Assembly: GCA_043808785.1 (NCBI GenBank)
Contig: JAZDEL010000003.1
Coordinates: 1-32,000 of the forward strand
Length of the DNA stretch: 32,000 nucleotides
Direction of reading: 5' to 3'
Source of the DNA: Candidatus Iainarchaeum sp.
GTDB taxonomy: Archaea > Iainarchaeota > Iainarchaeia > Iainarchaeales > JAZDEL01
In this document: piece after piece, positions 7,345 through 13,957 of the stretch
Position numbering within the stretch: position 1 is the first letter of the stretch
Layout: each line of letters begins with the position of its first letter
Notes under the pieces: generated by a model
What the model was told of the DNA's origin: nothing
What the model saw: the letters and a program-made list of their open reading frames with translations, nothing else
Database searches by the model: none
Translations under genes and position numbers: made by a program

Positions 7345-7859
7345 GGCACCTTCTTCAGTTTGAACTTGTACGCCATGAAGTTCGTAAACCTGTGTATTAT
7401 GAGCGTGGCAACCGCGATTATTATTACCTCGTAAAACGATGGCATGTAAACCATGCTGCCGAACAGCATTCCCCCGAAAACGAAATCCAGCTGGTCCACA
7501 ACGAAAACCTGCTCCCCCTGCGCTATGCCGCTCCTCCTCTTGAAAAAGCTCGCTGCAATATCGCCGAAAATCGCCCCCGCGGAAAGCAGGAACCCGAGAA
7601 GGAGGTAATCTCCTGAAACAAGCGCGGCAAGTTCCGGCGCCGCAATGAGGATTATCGCCGAAACGCCTGTGCCCACGGCAATCCCCATGAGCGTTCCCTT
7701 GAATGTCTTCCCGCTCCCCAGGATGGGCTTGCCATCGATGAATTTCCTTCCCAAATCCAGCGGCGTCTTCCCCCCGGGCAGCATTGCGGATGAATTCGCA
7801 AAATAGAGCGGCGCTATGTAAAGCAGCAGTTTAACGATAAAAAGGGTTGTTTCGTCCAA
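7338..7859 (-). CDS. carS: CDP-archaeol synthase (DUF46/CarS)
   Basis: YIAPLYFANSSAM, GKTFKGTLMG, FGDIAASFFKRR and VVDQLDF match the CarS family signature. TTG start at 7859 (no upstream ATG in frame). Confidence 0.85.
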   Translation of the reverse strand: MDETTLFIVKLLLYIAPLYFANSSAMLPGGKTPLDLGRKFIDGKPILGSGKTFKGTLMGIAVGTGVSAIILIAAPELAALVSGDYLLLGFLLSAGAIFGDIAASFFKRRSGIAQGEQVFVVDQLDFVFGGMLFGSMVYMPSFYEVIIIAVATLIIHRFTNFMAYKFKLKKVPW

Positions 7860-7936
7860 AGCCCCACCATTCCCTTAAAAGTGTTTCCACAGGCAATATC
7901 CATATCTCCCCAAAAAATTAAAATAGGCGGTTGTTT

Positions 7937-8908
7937 ATGCCGGTTCCAAGGAAACAGTGCCTGAGGGAAAACCAGCGTGTGCCGGATTTGCGCGGCGCCC
8001 GGGTTAAGCCCGCATGGAAGAACCCGCTGGTTCTTGCGCTTGCCGCAATTTTCGCCGTGGCTGCGGTATTTTTCCTTCTTGTTTTTGCGATTTCACTGCT
8101 CTCCGGCTCGGCCTTTTACGGCAGCGTTGCGGTTATCCCGATAATCGGCGAAATTTCCTCGGATGAAAGCTCGCTCGGCTCGGGTGCGGTTCCTCCGGAA
8201 ATAATCGGACTCATAGATGAGGCGGACAGCGACCCCTCTGTTTCCGCAATAGTTTTCACCATAAACAGCCCCGGGGGCGGGCTTGTTGCAACAAAACAGA
8301 TTGTCGGCAGGATCCGCGAGATTGAGAAGCCCACTGTTTCATACATCGGCGAGGTAGGGGCGAGCGGGGGGTATTACATTGCAGCTTCCACTGATTACAT
8401 CTTCGCGGATGCAGACTCACTCACGGGCAGCATAGGCGCATACTCGATGGTTCCGAATGTTGAAGGCTTGATGGAAAAACTTGGGGTAAAAATGAAGGTA
8501 ATAAAGGAGGGCGAATACAAAACAATGGGCAGCCCTTTCGAGGAAATGAGCGCGGAAGAGGAGCGCATTATCCAGGGAATTATGCACGAGGCATTCGTTA
8601 ATTTCAAGGCGGACATCCTGAAATTCAGGGAAGGAAAACTCAATGCGCTCGGCCTTAATGCCGTTGCCGACGGCAGGGTCCTTTCAGGAAGGCAGGCGTA
8701 TGCGCGCAAACTCATTGACGCGCTCGGCACTGAAAAGGACGCACTGAACAAGGCTGCTGAATTTGCAGGCCTTTCCCCGAACCCGCAGGTTAAGCGCTAT
8801 TCCTCGCGCGGGTTCAGCATTGCGGACTTATTCTTTTCAGCGGGCAGTTCATTTGCCTCCGGCTTCAAATCACAGCTCGCTTCGGAGAGCCCGACGATAA
8901 AGACATAG
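7937..8908 (+). CDS. sppA: signal peptide peptidase SppA (S49, 36K type)
   Basis: N-terminal TM anchor, FTINSPGGG, GASGGYYIA and LTGSIGAY motifs. Start is uncertain (ATG 7937 or a downstream GTG/TTG). Confidence 0.85.
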   Translation: MPVPRKQCLRENQRVPDLRGARVKPAWKNPLVLALAAIFAVAAVFFLLVFAISLLSGSAFYGSVAVIPIIGEISSDESSLGSGAVPPEIIGLIDEADSDPSVSAIVFTINSPGGGLVATKQIVGRIREIEKPTVSYIGEVGASGGYYIAASTDYIFADADSLTGSIGAYSMVPNVEGLMEKLGVKMKVIKEGEYKTMGSPFEEMSAEEERIIQGIMHEAFVNFKADILKFREGKLNALGLNAVADGRVLSGRQAYARKLIDALGTEKDALNKAAEFAGLSPNPQVKRYSSRGFSIADLFFSAGSSFASGFKSQLASESPTIKT

Positions 8909-8949
8909 GGTGTGATTGCGGACAGCCCGGCGATAAGGGCATGATTGCG
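8888..8949 (+). repeat. imperfect tandem duplication spanning the sppA stop codon
   Basis: AGCCCGACGATAAAGACAT...GATTGCG (8888..8920) against AGCCCGGCGATAAGGGCAT-GATTGCG (8924..8949). The 19-nt core matches at 16 of 19 positions. Confidence 0.6.
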
Positions 8950-8993
8950 CTGTTTTCGGAAGCGCTCCGACCACCGAACCGCAACCTTGCAGC

Positions 8994-9740
8994 CTAAAGC
9001 AGCGCCGAACCCAGCATGAAAGCAGCCACAGCCCCGCAGGAGCTCGCGATGAAATTAACCCACGCGTTCGTGAGCATGCCTTTCCTTTCTAAAACAGCAC
9101 CCAGCACGCTGTCAATAAAGGAGCCCAAAAACCCCGAAAAAAGGATTATGGGGAAAACAAGCTGGTTTCTGGCAAGGGTAAAATTCGCAGCCATCAGCGC
9201 GGGATTCTCGGCAAGAATCAAATACGCACAGCCGATTATTGCGGCCCCTGAAAATGCCGCTGCAAACCCAAGCACAGTAACCCCGCCGTCCGCCCCCACC
9301 TTTACCTTTTCAAGCGTGGTTATAAGCCTCGGCTTCGACCTCGAGAGCATGCCTATTTCCGATGATGCAGTATCCGCAAGCGCGGATGAAACAGCGCCGA
9401 AAAACGCAATCGGGCTGCCGAGAACAAGTGAAATCGCCGCAGCGCCGCCGTTCCCGAGTATGTTGGAATAAGTGCGTGCCTCGTGCTTCTCCCCTATCTT
9501 CGCGCGCGCATACTTTGTGCAGAACTCCGCAACCGCGAAGAAAACAAGCATCACAACAAAACTGCCCATTCCGCCGAGCAGGTAAATAGCGGCGCCAAGC
9601 GCGCACGCGGCAACAATCCCGTCAATGCTGAGCGACTTCTTCCTATGCGATATGTACGAAAAAAAAGCAAGCAGAAGCACCACAAACGCGGTTTCAATAA
9701 CCGCGCCGTTGCCAAAACCCGCAGCAAAAAAAGCATCCAT
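8994..9740 (-). CDS. DUF92/TIGR00297 (TMEM19-like) integral membrane protein
   Basis: Polytopic protein with NILGNGG and SSALADTASSEIG motifs characteristic of DUF92. ATG at 9740 lies 8 nt after the rps3ae stop; an alternative GTG at 9749 overlaps that stop. Confidence 0.75.
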   Translation of the reverse strand: MDAFFAAGFGNGAVIETAFVVLLLAFFSYISHRKKSLSIDGIVAACALGAAIYLLGGMGSFVVMLVFFAVAEFCTKYARAKIGEKHEARTYSNILGNGGAAAISLVLGSPIAFFGAVSSALADTASSEIGMLSRSKPRLITTLEKVKVGADGGVTVLGFAAAFSGAAIIGCAYLILAENPALMAANFTLARNQLVFPIILFSGFLGSFIDSVLGAVLERKGMLTNAWVNFIASSCGAVAAFMLGSALL

Positions 9741-9748
9741 CACTTTCA

Positions 9749-10339
9749 CTAGCCCCTGATTATCCTGGACTTCACGACTTCAACCCTCTTTATAGGCACA
9801 ATCTTCCTTGCCTCGTTTGAAACAGTCCCCGCAATATTGCCGAACACAAGCGCATCTAGCGCCTTCTCTGGCTCCATCCCCTTTACAAATGCACCCATCT
9901 GTTCCTCCACAACCTTCCTTATCGCCGCCTCCTTTTCGCGCGCGCTCTTCCTCATTGTCAGGCAAACAGTCTTTACCCTGATGTGCCCTTTGCTGAGCGG
10001 GATATCCTGCACTACCTCTATCTTGCTTGTGCGCCTCCTTGTGAACCTGCGCATATAGCCCCCGCCTATGTCGTGCCCTTCCGCTTCCGTGTATGCCTTG
10101 TTGCCCTTCACATCGTTAATCCTGAAAAGAAGTTTCACGTGCGCCCTGCTTGCCTGGTTCGCAAGCTCCCTGCCGCTCACGCCTATAACCCTGCCAAGCA
10201 GGTGTTCCGGCTTTGTCGCAATTGTCTCCCCTATGGGCTTCCTTTCGAAGTGCGCTGGCGAGTATATCTCATACCACACCTTCTTCTTCCACTTGTCCAC
10301 GGAGCGCTTTGCCGCCCTTTCCTTTCCCTTTTCAGCCAT
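9749..10339 (-). CDS. rps3ae: 30S ribosomal protein S3Ae (eS1)
   Basis: KKKVWYEIYSPAHFERKPIGETIA...LLGRVIGVSGRELAN is typical of the S3Ae N-terminus. Length is 196 aa. Confidence 0.92.
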   Translation of the reverse strand: MAEKGKERAAKRSVDKWKKKVWYEIYSPAHFERKPIGETIATKPEHLLGRVIGVSGRELANQASRAHVKLLFRINDVKGNKAYTEAEGHDIGGGYMRRFTRRRTSKIEVVQDIPLSKGHIRVKTVCLTMRKSAREKEAAIRKVVEEQMGAFVKGMEPEKALDALVFGNIAGTVSNEARKIVPIKRVEVVKSRIIRG

Positions 10340-10411
10340 GGTTTCACTTTCCCCCGCGCCTTAATTTTCAATTTCCTTTTTCGTTTTTTTTCATTTTCCT
10401 TTCCAAAATTT

Positions 10412-10525
10412 TCATTCTCCCTTCCCGATTATCTCATTTATTTCCGCGAGGATTTGCTTCGGCTCTTTGTCCCCCGAAGCCTTGCCCATCCTCTTCACGA
10501 AATCATACCCCAGTTCGTACTTCAT
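10412..10525 (-). CDS. possible 37-aa small protein between rps15 and rps3ae
   Basis: My own translation: MKYELGYDFVKRMGKASGDKEPKQILAEINEIIGKGE. The ATG at 10525 is preceded by CGGTGAAAAA (GGTGA SD). Not in the ORF track because it is under 60 aa. Confidence 0.3.
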   Translation of the reverse strand: MKYELGYDFVKRMGKASGDKEPKQILAEINEIIGKGE

Positions 10526-10535
10526 TTTTTCACCG

Positions 10536-11246
10536 CTACTTCACAAGCAGTGCCGCTGTTTCCGGCGTGTACCTCCACGCAACGGGCAGCTTGCCCTTCC
10601 TGTGGTAATAATTCACAAGCCTCCTTATCTTGCTCACCGTCAATTGGTATCCGCGCTTTGCTGTGAAATCCTTCTTGTTCGCCTTCATGTGCCTCTGCAG
10701 GGTTACGCTCCTCCTTATGAGGTTTAGCAGGTCCCTTGGCACCTCAGGCAAAAGGTTGTGCTTCCCTAGCACATCCTCGACAGTTACCCCGGCGACCTTT
10801 TTCAGTTTCGGTATCCCGTACTGGTCGCGCAGCATCATTCCTATCTGCGATGCTGTGTGCCCTGTGTTCGCCATGTTCACAATAGCCTGCTCAAGTTCTG
10901 CAGGCTTATAATCAACCCAGTCAAGCACCTGCTTCCCCGCAGGGCGCTTCCTCTCCTGCTTATCGGCCCAGTCGAAATCCCTGTCAGCGCCCTTCCTTTT
11001 CTTCGCGGGCTTTTTTTCCGTGCTCTCTTCCAAGGGTTCCGAAGATGCCTCGACGTCATGCTTTTTTTCGGCTGCTTTGTGTTCCTCTTTCTCCGCCTTA
11101 TGCCCCGCCTTCTCAGCCTTCTTTGAGGCGGCTTTCTTGGGGGTCTTTTCCGCCTTCTTTGCAGCGCCTTCGGCAGCCTTATGGCTGGCTTTCCCATGCG
11201 CCTTTTCCTCGGCAGCCTCTTCCTTCTCGAGAGCCTTTTTCGCCAT
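10536..11246 (-). CDS. rps15: 30S ribosomal protein S15 (uS15/S13e) with ~95-aa Lys/Ala/Glu-rich N-terminal extension
   Basis: The C-terminal ~140 aa (DWVDYKPAELEQAIVNMANTGHTASQIGMMLRDQYGIPKLK...RRLVNYYHRKGKLPVAWRY) match archaeal S15. ATG at 11246 is preceded by GGAAGGTG with a 5-nt spacer. Confidence 0.88.
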   Translation of the reverse strand: MAKKALEKEEAAEEKAHGKASHKAAEGAAKKAEKTPKKAASKKAEKAGHKAEKEEHKAAEKKHDVEASSEPLEESTEKKPAKKRKGADRDFDWADKQERKRPAGKQVLDWVDYKPAELEQAIVNMANTGHTASQIGMMLRDQYGIPKLKKVAGVTVEDVLGKHNLLPEVPRDLLNLIRRSVTLQRHMKANKKDFTAKRGYQLTVSKIRRLVNYYHRKGKLPVAWRYTPETAALLVK

Positions 11247-11327
11247 TTTAACACCTTCCCGCCCTGACGGAACGGGAGAGCCAAAACCAAAAATCAGTTC
11301 TGGTTAGAATAATTGGCGCCTGAAAGG

Positions 11328-11335
11328 TTTATAAA
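11328..11335 (-). promoter_or_regulatory. TATA box candidate (TTTATAAA) upstream of rps15
   Basis: The octamer lies 82 nt upstream of the rps15 ATG. It is the only strong AT box in the 11247..11422 spacer. Confidence 0.35.
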
Positions 11336-11377
11336 GCTTGGTTCGGGGGGTTTTGCGGGGCTCTGGCAACCCCCCAC

Positions 11378-11403
11378 AAACCCGCTCTTTCGCGGGTTTT
11401 TTT
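11378..11403. terminator. hairpin AAACCCGC-TCTTTC-GCGGGTTT followed by a T-run
   Basis: 8-bp perfect stem, 6-nt loop and T7 tail on the plus strand. It lies downstream of toxin 2. A second stem (GGGGGGTT 11345..11352 with AACCCCCC 11368..11375) sits just upstream. Confidence 0.5.
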
Positions 11404-11422
11404 GGCTGTTTTGAAAAGCCGT

Positions 11423-11695
11423 TCAGAAGTACGCCTTGTACCACTTTTCATACTCCTTATGGTTCCCGACAAAGTAGAACTTTACTTCTTCATGTTCGCC
11501 GAACACGCGGTAAATTATCCTGTGCCGGCCGATTTCATCGACAAAAAACCTTGCTCTCAGCCCCGGGTGCCCTTTCTTCGGGAACCCGAGAATTTTTTTT
11601 ATTTTCTTCGCGGCCCGTTCCTTTGTTGCGTTGTCAAGGCAGTTGAAATATTTCTGCCAATCCTCGTCGTAAGTTGCCCTGTAAATAGCAATCAC
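11423..11695 (-). CDS. RelE/ParE-superfamily type II toxin (copy 2)
   Basis: 90 aa. GRHRIIYRVFGEHEEVKFYFVGNHKEYEKWYK. GTG start overlaps the antitoxin TGA (GTGA). Confidence 0.72.
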   Translation of the reverse strand: MIAIYRATYDEDWQKYFNCLDNATKERAAKKIKKILGFPKKGHPGLRARFFVDEIGRHRIIYRVFGEHEEVKFYFVGNHKEYEKWYKAYF

Positions 11696-11934
11696 TTCAG
11701 GTACTTTGCATAGCTGCCGAGGGCTTCGTCCGAGTTAAGGAGCCTCCTTTTTCCGGCCTTTGTTTCCGCATCTATCCTGTCGAGCTTCCTGTTTACCATT
11801 TCAACCTCATCCAGATGGTGCTGCCCGAAATCGACAATCGCAAGCCTTACCGCTTCCGACTGTGAATTTGCATAGCCCTGCTTGACAAGGGTTTCAACTA
11901 TTTCCTTGGTTCTGCCTCTCAGAATCACGTTCAT
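11692..11934 (-). CDS. ribbon-helix-helix antitoxin (copy 2)
   Basis: 80 aa. MNVILRGRTKEIVETLVKQGYANSQSEAVRLAIVDF parallels copy 1. An ATTTAAAT box lies ~38 nt upstream. Confidence 0.7.
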   Translation of the reverse strand: MNVILRGRTKEIVETLVKQGYANSQSEAVRLAIVDFGQHHLDEVEMVNRKLDRIDAETKAGKRRLLNSDEALGSYAKYLK

Positions 11935-11968
11935 TAAAAACCACCTGTAAACATTGTGCCTTGGATGA

Positions 11969-11976
11969 TTTAAATA
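11969..11976 (-). promoter_or_regulatory. TATA box candidate upstream of antitoxin 2
   Basis: TATTTAAA on the minus strand, ~35 nt upstream of the ATG at 11934. Confidence 0.45.
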
Positions 11977-12073
11977 TGTATTGTTTATGATTCAATATGG
12001 TGCATGTTAGCCATTCGCGTAGCCCCCTAATAAAACCGCAACCGTTAAAAGCGGCGGAACCCTAATATCTGCG

Positions 12074-12598
12074 GTGCTTTGGGTGAATAAAATCATTAAA
12101 TTGGTTTTTGTTGCAGTGCTGTTGCTGATTGCGGTTGTGGTTTTGCTTAGCATCTTGAGCTGTTGTGCCATGCCAGTTACAGAGGTGCCCGGTAAGCAAG
12201 CTACAGGCGCCCTAAAGGATTGCGTAAACAATCTTAAACAGCCGCATAAAACCCGGCTTGTCACTTGGAATGCCGGAAGCGCCCTTTCTTCAAGAAGCAT
12301 TGCGGAAAGTCTCGCTAACTTAATTTCAGAAGACCAATTATGCATCCTGCGTGGCGATTTCGCGCCTGACTCAAGGTTTGATTCAAAGGGCAAGGAAGGG
12401 GAGTTTCTGGAATACGTTGGCGCGGCACCAATTGAAACAAAACTGCTCGTTTTGTGCGACTATTTCGAGACACTTCAGGAAACCGCAGACGAGTATGGCT
12501 ATGCATGGGCAAGCCAAATCGGCGAATGCAAGTGCGTGCATGGGTCGTCAGATGGCGTAAACGATAGGTGCTGCATAGTCGCGATTGTGCATAGTTAG
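12074..12598 (+). CDS. hypothetical exported/anchored Cys-rich protein
   Basis: N-terminal hydrophobic helix followed by SILSCCAMP, which is only loosely lipobox-like. Nine Cys in total. GTG start at 12074 or 12083. More AT-rich than flanking genes by hand count. Confidence 0.5.
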   Translation: MLWVNKIIKLVFVAVLLLIAVVVLLSILSCCAMPVTEVPGKQATGALKDCVNNLKQPHKTRLVTWNAGSALSSRSIAESLANLISEDQLCILRGDFAPDSRFDSKGKEGEFLEYVGAAPIETKLLVLCDYFETLQETADEYGYAWASQIGECKCVHGSSDGVNDRCCIVAIVHS

Positions 12599-12613
12599 CG
12601 CCGACAGGTGCGC

Positions 12614-13261
12614 TCAGTGATACCTCACCCTCCCCTCAACAGCCTCAACCTTCCTTTCAATCTCCCTGCCTTTCGGGTTCCCGCGCGCGTAGCCCTGCAT
12701 TATCGCCTCCCATCCCTTCGGCATCAGTTCCCAGTGCGTGGCGGAAAAGGTTTTCTTGAACACAAGCAGGTCAACCGCAAAATCCTCGGTGCGCGAGCTC
12801 ATGAAGCCGAGGCCGAAATCAACAAAAACCAAACCCGCTTTCGCGGTTTTTTTGGGTTTTTGGTTAGGCACAATGATGTTGCTTGTTGTGAGGTCGCCGT
12901 GAACCAAACCCCCGCGGTGCAGTTTTGCAACATTCCTGCCAACCTCGCTGCAGAACCCGAAGACGTTTTTTTTATTTTTACCTTTCTTCCGCATCACATC
13001 CCGCAGCTTCTCCCCATCCACAAACTCCATCACAATCTCTGTCCCAGCGCGGTCAACATTGTAAATCAGCGGCGCCCTCACCCCGCACTCCTTTGCCCTG
13101 TGCAGGAGCAGGCACTCCTCTTTAGTGCGAAGCCTGCGTATGCGCGCGTCAAGCGCGCTGTTCCTGTATTTTTTTGGAACCCTGCGCTTCACAAGCGCAG
13201 GCCTGCCGAGATAATCCGTGCGCCAGAGTTCCGCTTCCGCGCCCTTTGCGATAAGTCTCAT
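12614..13261 (-). CDS. bud32: Bud32/PRPK-type atypical protein kinase (KEOPS subunit)
   Basis: Small RIO-like kinase: GAEAELW, VKRRVPKKYR, HGDLTTSNIIV, VDFGLG and C-terminal EGRVRY. Not fused to kae1. Confidence 0.85.
   Translation of the reverse strand: MRLIAKGAEAELWRTDYLGRPALVKRRVPKKYRNSALDARIRRLRTKEECLLLHRAKECGVRAPLIYNVDRAGTEIVMEFVDGEKLRDVMRKKGKNKKNVFGFCSEVGRNVAKLHRGGLVHGDLTTSNIIVPNQKPKKTAKAGLVFVDFGLGFMSSRTEDFAVDLLVFKKTFSATHWELMPKGWEAIMQGYARGNPKGREIERKVEAVEGRVRYH
12830..12863 (+). repeat. copy of the palindromic element inside the bud32 coding sequence
   Basis: CAAACCCGCTTTCGCGGTTTTTTTGGGTTTTTGG. On the minus strand it is translated as NQKPKKTAKAGLV. Confidence 0.6.
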
Positions 13262-13324
13262 CCCCTCACCACGCCCAAACCAACCGCGCGCCGGGTTTGC
13301 CGCGGGTTCCGCACCTTTGCCCCC

Positions 13325-13885
13325 CTAACCCGCACAATACGAATTTAATTTTTCGATAAAAATCTCCGCCCCGTCCCTCGCCCCTTCCGCGGAGCCGAAA
13401 TATTCCCCCCCTTCCTCGATGCCAAGCTTTGCCGCCTGCGCAGGATAATCGCGCAAAAGGATATTCAGGTTCTCAAGCACCAACTCGGCCTTTGATTTCA
13501 CAGTTGAGAACATCTCCTTCTCCTGAGCGATTTTCCCCCCCGCGGAGCAGTCGGGGTTTGCGAAATCCGTTTTCTTCATGAGTGCCGCAGCTTCCGAAAT
13601 GTCCTGCTCAATATCCGCGAAAATCATCCTCGAATCCGTGAGCAGTTTCAGCGCCTTGTCGTCCGCGCCGTCCCCGAGCCCCGCCCCGAAATCCTTCAAA
13701 GCGGTGCGGTATTCGGAAATGCCCTTCGCATCCGCGGGAACCATTGCCCCGCCCTGCACGAACTTCGAGTTCATCGTGCCGAATTCAGCCGCTTTCCCCC
13801 CGAGGCCGCCCTGCGTGAACACATAAACAGCGCCCGCCGCTGCAAGAACCAGCAGCACAAGTAAAACCTTCTTCTTCAAGCCCAT
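13325..13885 (-). CDS. hypothetical protein with N-terminal membrane anchor
   Basis: MGLKKKVLLVLLVLAAAGAVYVF anchor, then a helical soluble domain. No recognisable motifs. Confidence 0.5.
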   Translation of the reverse strand: MGLKKKVLLVLLVLAAAGAVYVFTQGGLGGKAAEFGTMNSKFVQGGAMVPADAKGISEYRTALKDFGAGLGDGADDKALKLLTDSRMIFADIEQDISEAAALMKKTDFANPDCSAGGKIAQEKEMFSTVKSKAELVLENLNILLRDYPAQAAKLGIEEGGEYFGSAEGARDGAEIFIEKLNSYCAG

Positions 13886-13957
13886 TGCAAAACCCGCAGA
13901 TACAAATATGCGCAGTCTTATTTAATCGTTTTGATTGCCGTAAAACGTCCGTGCGCC

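Noticed and set aside
10877-11290. 137-aa alternative minus-strand frame over the rps15 5' region (Arg/Lys-rich), and the DNA-level periodicity of the Lys/Ala repeats. I briefly considered this as a tandem repeat or CRISPR-like array.
   Set aside because: The periodic sequence is explained by in-frame AEKK/KKAA coding repeats continuous with the S15 core. There is no repeat-spacer architecture and there are no cas genes.
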